Below are positions 10,402 to 18,843 of a stretch of 64,000 bases of DNA, one piece after another; positions within the stretch are counted from its first letter, which is position 1, and every line of letters begins with the position of its first letter. A model generated the notes under the pieces. That model worked only from the letters and a program-made list of their open reading frames with translations, was not told the DNA's origin and did not search any database. The position numbers were made by a program, and so were the translations under genes. The stretch is taken from NCBI GenBank assembly GCA_000165345.1, contig CM000432.1:576001-640000 (forward strand), read 5' to 3'.

Positions 10402-11094
10402 ATGGCTAATATTGGAAATGAAGAGAATCATATTTTCTCAATCATAGAAATCTTTATTAAAAAAAACCATAAACAATACGTGCTTAATTCCATAAGGATT
10501 AACTCATTAGTGCGTATTTTTAATGGAGTCACGCCAGAAATTTTATTAAATCTACTAAAAAATGCTGGAAAAAACACGGAGGAAGGCGATTCAAAGATTT
10601 ATGCTTGTTCGAATACTACAGATGTACAAAAGGTGCTTTGTTTTATAAGTAAAGACATAGTTACCTTTAAATTTCATAACACCCCTGATATAACCCTTGC
10701 TAGATATTTTTTTCAATTCGATGAATGCCACATAATTTTATGCAACTGTTGTTATAAAGAATCGTATAACTTAAATACCTTTGACTTGATATTTTATATT
10801 CAGAACCAAGACTTTGGCCGCTCCAATGAAAGTCATAACAGCAAAATGACGTTAATATCTGGAAGCTCAGGAAAATCATTCACAAATAAGTGTATGGTTC
10901 CATTTGGATCGGTATTAACTAATTATGGGACAATTTATCTAATTTATTCACTTTTCGCATGGTTAGTCTATATATTGATAGCTATCAAAAGATATTTGAG
11001 CACAAAAGTCTCCGAAGAAGAAATTGAAAAATTATTTATCAAAAACTATATTTCAAATCTTGATATCCAAACATGCAAAAAAGGAAATATTTAA
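10402..11094 (+). CDS. hypothetical protein with C-terminal transmembrane segment (230 aa)
   Basis: ATG at 10402. Cys-rich middle region (CNCCYKESY) and a C-terminal hydrophobic helix GTIYLIYSLFAWLVYILIAI. Confidence 0.4.
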   Translation: MANIGNEENHIFSIIEIFIKKNHKQYVLNSIRINSLVRIFNGVTPEILLNLLKNAGKNTEEGDSKIYACSNTTDVQKVLCFISKDIVTFKFHNTPDITLARYFFQFDECHIILCNCCYKESYNLNTFDLIFYIQNQDFGRSNESHNSKMTLISGSSGKSFTNKCMVPFGSVLTNYGTIYLIYSLFAWLVYILIAIKRYLSTKVSEEEIEKLFIKNYISNLDIQTCKKGNI

Positions 11095-11177
11095 TGTTTG
11101 ACTATTAAGGAAACACAAATGCAAATTTTTGTATTCGCCTCACTTAGTTTGTAATTACAAATTAATTCCGTATAATT

Positions 11178-11354
11178 ATGAAAGAACATAAATCTGCGAT
11201 TGTTATACAAAAATATTTTCGTGGCTATATTACACGGTTAAGGACGTTATCCATCAGGTTAAGGAAAGAATTTTTTCGAATTATAGAAATACAGCAGGAG
11301 CTAAATATAAACTGCATAAAATTATATTCATCAAGCAAAGCACCTAGTTTTTAA
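11178..11354 (+). CDS. small IQ-motif ORF (58 aa), possibly a stand-alone calmodulin-binding peptide or an exon
   Basis: ATG at 11178, TAA at 11352-11354. AIVIQKYFRGYITRLR matches the IQ consensus [ILV]QxxxRGxxxR exactly. Too short to appear in the ORF track. Confidence 0.2.
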   Translation: MKEHKSAIVIQKYFRGYITRLRTLSIRLRKEFFRIIEIQQELNINCIKLYSSSKAPSF

Positions 11355-11805
11355 TGGTGGTCTCTGACTCTCTGAGTCACAACAGTTCTTCCAAACCGTT
11401 AATAACACTCGTGAAACTGAAATAGTCAAAAAAAATCAGCGTTTTGATATCCAAGATGGATTTTCATAACTTATAAGTTAGGTTTTTAGTAAAATATTAA
11501 ATTTGTCAATTTGTTAAATTTTGTGTATTTGTGAGGCTTACTCGAACAAAACCTATTTTCATAATTAAAAGACTGCGAAATAGGCAATAAAACAATAATA
11601 ATGATTGATTAATGGGTAATCAGTAATACTACAATTCATATGTTGAATGTTTTAACTTCCAAGCGTTTAATAAATCACCTTTTGTGGCTGAGCAATAAAA
11701 TACAATACTAAGCTGTATTGATCTCCTTCGAACCGCTGAACCCACAATATTAGCGGGAGTTGTTTTTTTTATGTTTTTTTCATAATAGTATATTTTTGTT
11801 AAAGG

Positions 11806-13011
11806 ATGGCATGTTCTCTGGCCAAGTCGCAAACAATTATGTCTGGCAATATAGACCGTGAAAAATATCTCTATGGAAGCCTTAAGGAGCTTGAGAAAGA
11901 ACTCAACTTTTTGAGTATTCAAGAAGATTATATCAAAGATGAACAAAAAGGTTTGAAACGTGAATTCCAGCGTGCGAAGGAGGAAATCAAACGTATTCAA
12001 TCAGTTCCGCTCGTTATTGGGCAATTTCTTGAAATGATAGATTCCAGGTACGGAATTGTTTCTTCTACAGCAGGCTCAAATTATTATGTTAGGGTTCTTA
12101 GTACAATCAATAGAGAAGATCTTAAACCACCTGCGTCAGTCGCGCTTCATAGGCACAGTCATGCAATAGTTGATATTCTTCCTCCTGAAGCAGATTCTAG
12201 TATTCAAATGCTTCAAATGCAGGAAAAACCTGATGTAACATATTCTGATATTGGAGGGATGGATATTCAAAAGCAAGAAGTACGAGAAGCCGTTGAGTTG
12301 CCACTTGTGTGTCCAGAATTATATCAACAAATAGGAATTGATCCTCCAACTGGAGTGCTTCTATATGGACCTCCCGGAACTGGTAAAACTATGCTTGCTA
12401 AAGCTGTTGCTAATCACACAACAGCCACGTTTATTAGAGTCGTTGGGTCAGAGTTTGTACAAAAATATTTGGGTGAAGGCCCAAGGATGGTCCGCGACGT
12501 ATTTCGTTTGGCAAGAGAAAACTCCCCAGCAATAGTGTTTATTGATGAAGTAGATTCAATTGCAACTAAACGTTTTGATGCACAAACTGGGGCAGATAGG
12601 GAAGTTCAACGTATTTTGCTCGAGCTTTTAAACCAAATGGATGGATTTGACCAAACAACAAATGTAAAAGTAATTATGGCGACTAACAGAGCAGATACCC
12701 TTGATCCTGCGCTATTGAGGCCCGGTAGACTTGACCGAAAAATAGAATTCCCATTACCTGATAGAAGGCAAAGGAGATTGATATTCCAGACTATTACTGC
12801 AAAGATGAACTTGAGTGAAGAAGTTGATCTTGAAGAATATGTCTCCAGACCAGAAAAAATATCTGCAGCTGATATAGCCGCGATCTCTCAAGAGGCCGGT
12901 ATGCAAGCTGTAAGGAAAAATAGATATGTTATTCTACCTAAGGATTTTGAAAAGGGATGGAAGATACACGTAAAAAAGAGTGATAGAGATTTTGATTTCT
13001 ATAGTGTATAG
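11806..13011 (+). CDS. RPT2: 26S proteasome regulatory subunit Rpt2 (PSMC1/S4-type AAA ATPase)
   Basis: Walker A GPPGTGKT, Walker B IVFIDEVD and second region of homology [28 protein letters not shown]. The stretches [18 protein letters not shown] and [38 protein letters not shown] match the Rpt2 orthologue specifically (NHAIVSTSVGSEHYVSILS and [38 protein letters not shown]). Confidence 0.9.
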   Translation: MACSLAKSQTIMSGNIDREKYLYGSLKELEKELNFLSIQEDYIKDEQKGLKREFQRAKEEIKRIQSVPLVIGQFLEMIDSRYGIVSSTAGSNYYVRVLSTINREDLKPPASVALHRHSHAIVDILPPEADSSIQMLQMQEKPDVTYSDIGGMDIQKQEVREAVELPLVCPELYQQIGIDPPTGVLLYGPPGTGKTMLAKAVANHTTATFIRVVGSEFVQKYLGEGPRMVRDVFRLARENSPAIVFIDEVDSIATKRFDAQTGADREVQRILLELLNQMDGFDQTTNVKVIMATNRADTLDPALLRPGRLDRKIEFPLPDRRQRRLIFQTITAKMNLSEEVDLEEYVSRPEKISAADIAAISQEAGMQAVRKNRYVILPKDFEKGWKIHVKKSDRDFDFYSV

Positions 13012-13016
13012 CTTTT

Positions 13017-14078
13017 TTATAATGAGTTATTTGAATCTGCATTTGATCGACTATTTGTAATTAGTTCCGAGATTTGGTGAATTAGGTGAATAAATACTTT
13101 CTGTAGACTATCATCGGTAATATCTTTCACTAATTTAATTAAATAATCCAATGCATTCCTTTGATATTCCAAATAATGTTCATTTATTTTTAATAAATTG
13201 TAACAATCTTTTACTAACGAACTATTTTTTCCATAGTTTTCAGAAATCTTAAGTTTCATTTCTTCATCAGCAATTTCAAACGATTTTTGTAGTGGCCATG
13301 TAAGTTTAAACCTGCAAATATCATCTGCATTGCTATCATTAAATAAGTAGTCAGAAACATCATTGTGCACTTGATAGAATTCGCCCAGTTTATAGAGGAT
13401 AGCTTCAATCAAGTTTAATTGCGCTGAAGAAACTTGAATTTCAGAAAGTGTTAAGCCAAAAAATACAGGCATATAAAACGTATAGCGAGAAGTCTTCATT
13501 TCTACCATTGAAAAGTATCTTTCGGATATTTTGTCAGCTTTAGATAAATCAAAATATGACAGATCTAAATGTTGGCCCAATACCGTAAAAAAAATAGATT
13601 CATTGTATATTTTCTGGATTTTCATAACAATATCATTTCCGAATACACTAGAAAGCTCAAAGATCAGTGAAAGTGATAGCATTTTCAAGAAAAAAATGTC
13701 ATTAATTGCATTCGATTGACCATGAACAATATACCAACAAGGCGCTCCTCTTCTAAATTTACCAGAATCCATAATATCGTCCGCAATTAATATCAATGCT
13801 TGTATTGCTTCAACCACCCACCCTAACAAATAAATGGAGTCTCTCTTTATATTTGAATATGCTGAACTTAAACTTGAGATTAACACTAAAATTTTGCCAC
13901 GAATATGCTTGCCTTTTTTTACGTTATAATCAATACAGTTTAAGTAATATTCGATTACTGGTTTTCTTATTTCATCATTTAATGGTAATTTTTTTAAAAC
14001 ATTATATACTATTACTTTAAATTTATCGTAATAATTAATAAAATCCGTATAATCATATTCTATTTGCAAATCATTCAT
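13017..14078 (-). CDS. FPPS-like trans-polyprenyl diphosphate synthase
   Basis: The first Asp-rich motif LILIADDIMDSGKFRRGAPCWY resembles the FPPS motif LVADDIMDSSLTRRGQICWY. The region around the second motif is conserved (KTSRYTFYMPV..., LGEFYQVHNDVSD vs MGEFFQIQDDYLD). There is no aromatic residue at -4/-5 of the first motif. Confidence 0.8.
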   Translation of the reverse strand: MNDLQIEYDYTDFINYYDKFKVIVYNVLKKLPLNDEIRKPVIEYYLNCIDYNVKKGKHIRGKILVLISSLSSAYSNIKRDSIYLLGWVVEAIQALILIADDIMDSGKFRRGAPCWYIVHGQSNAINDIFFLKMLSLSLIFELSSVFGNDIVMKIQKIYNESIFFTVLGQHLDLSYFDLSKADKISERYFSMVEMKTSRYTFYMPVFFGLTLSEIQVSSAQLNLIEAILYKLGEFYQVHNDVSDYLFNDSNADDICRFKLTWPLQKSFEIADEEMKLKISENYGKNSSLVKDCYNLLKINEHYLEYQRNALDYLIKLVKDITDDSLQKVFIHLIHQISELITNSRSNADSNNSL

Positions 14079-14325
14079 TTTATTGAAAATGAATTGAGGG
14101 GTTAAATAATTATCGTGCAGAGCAAAAAATATTGAGTCAATAAACGTTATTTTTAATAGATGAAAGAGAATCTAGATATTTTTTGTTTACCTTTTTTTGT
14201 GAGTAGGAATTATTATTAAATTAATCAACTTACTTTTTTACAAAACTCAGGATAATCAGCGCATGCAGCCAATATCAAATCAACCAATTGATCTTCGAAT
14301 ATTAATAAAAGTGAAACAAATAAAA

Positions 14326-14547
14326 CTAACCAAATAACTTACTTCTTTCTAAACATACTATCTGGCTTTCAATAGATGTAGCTTTTAAGGATCCACCTAA
14401 TTTATTGATAACTTCATTTTTTTCGAGACTATTTCTTTCATTGATTAACTTTTGCAAATTTTGCCTTCTGTGGCTGCTTAAAGAATAACTAATTCTCTTT
14501 TTTTCTTTTAGTTCGGCATTCCTAATTGGTGTTTGAAAGTTCGGCAT
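14326..14547 (-). CDS. small basic hypothetical protein (73 aa)
   Basis: ATG at 14545-14547. Lys/Arg/Ser-rich with no family recognised. An ORF of this length can arise by chance here. Confidence 0.2.
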   Translation of the reverse strand: MPNFQTPIRNAELKEKKRISYSLSSHRRQNLQKLINERNSLEKNEVINKLGGSLKATSIESQIVCLERSKLFG

Positions 14548-14596
14548 TTATAACTGAAAAATAAAAGCTAAAAAAAATAACTGAATAATAGAATCT

Positions 14597-14604
14597 TTTC
14601 GCGC
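14597..14604 (+). promoter_or_regulatory. E2F-consensus TTTCGCGC in intergenic DNA
   Basis: tctTTTCGCGCaaaa is an exact TTTSGCGC match within very AT-rich spacer, 270 nt upstream of the ATG at 14874. Confidence 0.25.
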
Positions 14605-14873
14605 AAAATAATCGATTAAAAAAATGTTAAATACAAATAAAACGCGTAGGAATTATGGAACTTGCTTGAATTAAATGTTTATGAAAAAAAAATTAAGTAA
14701 ATCCAAGCTTAAAACTAAAATTTTTAAAACTTTCAAAGTGAACAAGGTGTATTTGTAACATCAATTAAAGCATGTTTAAATAGCATGCAATATAAACATG
14801 CGACATGTAATTGCTAGTTAATTCCCCATCGTTAAAACATTTAGAACTATTCTTTGAATTTTTATGGTTATTT

Positions 14874-15538
14874 ATGGCACCTGAAACTCAATTCAATTTT
14901 AGAAAGCATAAAAGCGACCTAAGAAAATTATCTTTGGTCATTTTTATAACAATAGATGTGTTATATGCAGGAGTGCTCGCAGTTTCATTTGGGAAAGTTT
15001 GTGACACACCGTTGAAGGCATGGCTCGTTGGTGCAATACTATTGGTAAGAAATTTAAATAATAAGTAATTCTTCATTAATGATAAATTAGTCCTATCCTG
15101 CTTCTAAGCTTATGGCTATAATAGAATCCACATTTGGGCAAAAGTAAGTTGTCTTGAATACAAAGAAATATATTATATAAAAGAAGTTTTGCAATAATAG
15201 GTGAATCTATAATGTTTTTGGCAAGTTTTCTTTGGTTCACAATGGGAACTGTTTGGGTAAGTTGAAAATTCATTATAATTATTCGATTACTTGTTTAGGT
15301 AAATACTTCATTGGTTTGTCAAAGCACTGCGCCTGCACTTTGGTGGACGGTATGTTGAAAATTAACTAGAAAAAAACTAAAAATTTTGCATGTTCAGACG
15401 TTTGTTACAATTTCTTCAATTTGGTTTTTTACAGCAGGTTTGGCACTTTCTTTAATTGGAATAACAGTTTACCATATGATTGCTACGGGAGGCTCAAATC
15501 CAGAATTTAATAGTATCTCAGATAAGCCTACGATGTAA
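14874..15538 (+). CDS. small polytopic membrane protein; multi-exon gene with uncertain 5' structure
   Basis: Three 3' exons are clear. Exon 15201..15256 (GESIMFLASFLWFTMGTVW) is followed by GTAAGT. Exon 15299..15349 (VNTSLVCQSTAPALWWT) is followed by GTATGT. Exon 15398..15538 (TFVTISSIWFFTAGLALSLIGITVYHMIATGGSNPEFNSISDKPTM, then stop) follows the acceptor ttcag. The introns are 42 and 48 nt and every exon is in phase. An upstream ORF from the ATG at 14874 (MAPETQ...LSLVIFITIDVLYAGVLAVSFG...KAWLVGAILL) encodes another TM helix. It can be joined in frame only through a weak GTGCAA donor at 15031, so it may be a separate exon or gene. If it is separate, the ATG at 15211 would start a 78-aa protein. 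Confidence 0.4.
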
Positions 15539-15715
15539 AATATTCAATGAATTATTTCAAGTAAACATTTAGTATTGAATAAATGTTCTTTTAATGTTTT
15601 TTGAAATGTTGATGAATTTCATAGATTATTAAATACAATTAAATGACGTGAATTGTTTATTTAACGTTTTGAAAAAAAAAATTATAAATTTTCCCAAATC
15701 AACAAAGTAGATGAC

Positions 15716-18367
15716 TCAAAATTTAATTCCTCTAAACTGTTGCAATGTTTCTTGTAGATTTGTTGATGAGCTTCCATTGTTTCCTGTTAAAATTGATGAT
15801 AACATATACGTTTTTGGTAATTCTGTTGTTATAGAAATGTTCGCAAGGATCCCACAACACTGGATATCAATAAAATTTGCATCAAATAGTTGTATCCACC
15901 TTAAACCAGGTCTAAGGCATGAAACAGGAATTGAAGCTGCTGCAATAAATTCAGACTGTATCGAATCTGATGACTTAACCTCGAAATTAATAATCGAAAT
16001 TTCTGGGCAAAGAACATTGAATGTAAATGGAGACAAGTTTTCCCATTTTGGATTAAACCCATTATTATTTATTACAGGCGTTCTGTATGACTTGAACTCT
16101 TCGCTGGGCCCTCCAAAAACAGAAATAGTAATGTATGGTGAAAGTTTATTCCCAGATATTAGGCCTGCAATTCCACGTGAGAACTGCGATAGATTGTCAG
16201 GGAGCTGGTGAGCTGATAGTATTTGGATACACACTCTAACAGGAGGGATATCAAAGAGCTCTAAAGTTTCTAAAGGGTTCATAGGATCGAATACCCGTCC
16301 ATCAAAGCACTTTTTTAGGCACATTTTTGGTTTTAGTACGTAGCCACTTTTTGAGCCACCATTTTGTCTGAATCTCCCTTCATTCAATAATAAGGCAGTT
16401 CCAACTGCTTGGTAATTCAATGCGACAATCTGAGCTCCGTATGACCATGGTATTAAAGGATTATAGTTTGAACTCGATATACGTGTACCTGATGGATAAA
16501 CTCTACATAGATGATCTTGATGGAACTTTGCAAGACTCATACTTGAGTCTTTCGCAAGGCGCAGAAATTTTGTTTCAACAAGAGAACCAATGCTCATTCT
16601 TCTTCGATTTTCAAAATTAGACAGTTGTATCGCATTTCCTGGAAGGGAAATTAGACTAGAATATAATCTCCTCTTAGTCTGATTTTGATTGTAAGACGAG
16701 GCTTGCTTTTCATTTTCAATCCTTGTATTGTTGGACACTTCGAGATCAACTTCTAATATGTCTGGGTTTAGATCATTTTTTTCATCATCTTCATTAATAA
16801 CCCCTGCTCTTAAATCAAAACTAATATCTTCTTTTGGGACCTTAGCTTTGACAAGAAATTTATATTTAAGTTCATTTGGGGTGGGAAGTCTATCACTCCC
16901 ATCATTTGGGGGAATATAAAGAGAATCGCCTAATACGTTCAATATTATTTCTGCAACCTTTTCACGTTGTTTATCAGATGCATGCATTTCAAGCGATAAA
17001 ATAATCGGATATGGAGATATCTGGAAAGCATAGTCTTTGCATGCTCGAATTACATCTTCAAAGTAAACTTTAGATGTTAAAGTGTGGCCATGGTAAATAA
17101 TTGGTGATCCATCTGGGCCATTCCAAACATCCAACTCTACACATCTACATCCTTGAAGTAATACAGTTATATATTGTCCAATCTCGGATTTTGAAGTTAG
17201 TTGGTCGCCAGTTAAATAAGTATTGTGGCTCGAAGCTATCCAGTAGTGTGAAATAGGTTCATCCATTGATTGATATACATCTCTTTTTAATGGATCAAAT
17301 GCGGAGTTAAATTCTGAAGACATTAGAATATTGAACCCAATTTCAGTAATACCACCCCTTTCAATGAACGGTTCTTTCATATTTAATACAGCATTAACTA
17401 GTGATTCTAATGAGTTTGACGGATCCATTCCTTGAACATCTATCAGAAAATTACGAAATTTATTCGCACCCATAACATTTGTATCTGGATCCTTATATTC
17501 ATCAAATAAATCACGCAACTCAGGGAGTATTAAAAGCTGAGTTAACAAATTTCTAAATTCCTTATAATCAAGTGCACCATTATTATCATTATCATATTCA
17601 CAAAAGAGAGCGTGAGTATAATCTTTAGATACCGGCATCTGCAATCTCTTTGTTAAACGCATTAACTCTGTGAAGCTTATTGAACCAGAGTTATCTAAAT
17701 CTGAAAGTTCCCATTGACGCCTAATGTAGTCGTGAGTGTAAAAATGTTTAGCATCAACAATTTTTTTTGTTCCTTTAATTTTTGAGACTAACTTCTCTCT
17801 TTGAGCAAGAGCATGGCTTACCAACAGCCCGACCATCCAAAATTTCCATTCTTCTTTATTTGCGCATAAAAGTCTTAGTGTTTTATTTCTTTTTCCTATT
17901 ACTACTAGTTCAATCCCAAAATTAGAATTGATATACTCCTTCTTTGTACATTTCTTTGACCTCCAAAAGTCACTATCAGATCCTGGAAGAATGTGGTTTA
18001 CATCATTTAGATATAAAGTCTGAATAAATACCACTTTTCTAGAACAAATCAAAGTTTTTTTTTTTTTATACCACTTTACGCATCCAGAATCTAAGTCAAT
18101 TTCAAAGTTATATCTTGAAAAGCGTCTACTACCAATACAAGAACGCGGATATTTATATAGGTAAGAGCCACTTTTGCATGTATCTAGTGCAATATCTACA
18201 TCAACTTCATGAAGCAATTGCATGAGTCTGTCACTTACAACTATATTCAATTTGTTTACTACATCCTCAAATGTGCGAACGGATATTACATATTCGGATA
18301 GATCTTGACTTCCGAGCAATCTATTAATGCTAATTTCTCCATTACAGTCTAACAACGGCCGAAACAT
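15716..18367 (-). CDS. PLC: phosphoinositide-specific phospholipase C (PI-PLC)
   Basis: X-box SSHNTYLTGDQL...GCRCVELDVWNG...PIIYHGHTLTS and Y-box SGTRISSSNYNPLIPWSYGAQIVALNYQ are canonical PI-PLC catalytic motifs. EF-hand-like segments (DLDNSGSISFTE; DNDNNGALDYKEF) precede the X-box and a C2-like region lies at the C-terminus. ATG at 18365-18367. Confidence 0.9.
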   Translation of the reverse strand: MFRPLLDCNGEISINRLLGSQDLSEYVISVRTFEDVVNKLNIVVSDRLMQLLHEVDVDIALDTCKSGSYLYKYPRSCIGSRRFSRYNFEIDLDSGCVKWYKKKKTLICSRKVVFIQTLYLNDVNHILPGSDSDFWRSKKCTKKEYINSNFGIELVVIGKRNKTLRLLCANKEEWKFWMVGLLVSHALAQREKLVSKIKGTKKIVDAKHFYTHDYIRRQWELSDLDNSGSISFTELMRLTKRLQMPVSKDYTHALFCEYDNDNNGALDYKEFRNLLTQLLILPELRDLFDEYKDPDTNVMGANKFRNFLIDVQGMDPSNSLESLVNAVLNMKEPFIERGGITEIGFNILMSSEFNSAFDPLKRDVYQSMDEPISHYWIASSHNTYLTGDQLTSKSEIGQYITVLLQGCRCVELDVWNGPDGSPIIYHGHTLTSKVYFEDVIRACKDYAFQISPYPIILSLEMHASDKQREKVAEIILNVLGDSLYIPPNDGSDRLPTPNELKYKFLVKAKVPKEDISFDLRAGVINEDDEKNDLNPDILEVDLEVSNNTRIENEKQASSYNQNQTKRRLYSSLISLPGNAIQLSNFENRRRMSIGSLVETKFLRLAKDSSMSLAKFHQDHLCRVYPSGTRISSSNYNPLIPWSYGAQIVALNYQAVGTALLLNEGRFRQNGGSKSGYVLKPKMCLKKCFDGRVFDPMNPLETLELFDIPPVRVCIQILSAHQLPDNLSQFSRGIAGLISGNKLSPYITISVFGGPSEEFKSYRTPVINNNGFNPKWENLSPFTFNVLCPEISIINFEVKSSDSIQSEFIAAASIPVSCLRPGLRWIQLFDANFIDIQCCGILANISITTELPKTYMLSSILTGNNGSSSTNLQETLQQFRGIKF

Positions 18368-18537
18368 TATATTTATATTGCGAGCAGCTTAACATGCAAT
18401 CGTAATTTGCACGGCAGGTAGCGTTACAGCGGTAGGAATATTTGTGCCGCCAAAAAAGACACTCTTCCGTACAAAATACTTTTCTTTACTTCTTAGTATT
18501 TTAATTATTTATTTATTTTCTTTATATGTAGATATTT

Positions 18538-18623
18538 TATAATGATGATGATTCGCTTTATCCGTGTTTCAATTGAGTACAATTTTCTGTACAATGAGAC
18601 ATTTTGCGCATTCTGAAGTTATA
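18538..18623 (+). ncRNA. candidate C/D-box snoRNA
   Basis: Intergenic location. A 5-bp terminal stem tataa (18538-42) pairs with ttata (18619-23). The stem flanks a C box aTGATGA (18542-48) and a D box CTGA (18613-16). Possible internal D' (ctgt) and C' (TGAGAc) boxes. A 10-12 nt guide-like segment attttgcgcatt lies immediately upstream of the D box. Confidence 0.4.
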
Positions 18624-18843
18624 GTTTTATTGCACAATGCCACAGTATCAACGCAGATTGTTGCTACCGTCCATGTTTGTGCATAAATTAACGAGAATAC
18701 AATAGGAACTCCAAAATGAACTGCTGATTTTTGGAGGCTGATAGTACTCTACATTTTCCATTTTAATCGTCTAATAGATTTTTAACTACTTATCCTTGCG
18801 CGCCTCTGTCTGGTTATTTGTTGACTTTTAGCGTTATTATTCA

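Noticed and set aside
11380-11400. Inverted repeat tgactctctgagtca containing an AP-1/GCN4-like TGAGTCA site upstream of Rpt2
   Set aside because: A single short palindrome in a 700-nt spacer. It could occur by chance and there is no supporting context.
11611-11620. ATGG|GTAATC just upstream of the Rpt2 gene, which could be a split start codon encoding the MG... N-terminus typical of Rpt2 (N-myristoylated MGQ)
   Set aside because: An in-frame TAA at 11800-11802 sits immediately upstream of the ATG at 11806. The only possible acceptor (aaag at 11801-11804) gives the wrong phase, so no in-frame join exists. The gene most likely starts at 11806 with a shortened N-terminus.
11629-12000. Track ORFs antisense or embedded in confirmed genes, e.g. 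11629-12000(-), 2195-2401(+), 3512-3943(+), 7965-8588(+), 16420-16919(+), 33948-34331(-), 53454-54329(-), 58240-58928(-), 61528-62231(-) and many 60-90 aa ORFs
   Set aside because: They overlap strongly supported conserved genes on the opposite strand or in another frame, have low-complexity composition, and their lengths are within chance expectation for this base composition.
14811-15068. Track ORF starting at 14811 (MLVNSPSLKH...)
   Set aside because: 14811 is a TTG. In a eukaryotic nuclear gene the first plausible initiator is the ATG at 14874. The 3' end of this ORF (VRNLNNK*) reads into an intron (GTAAGA at 15045).
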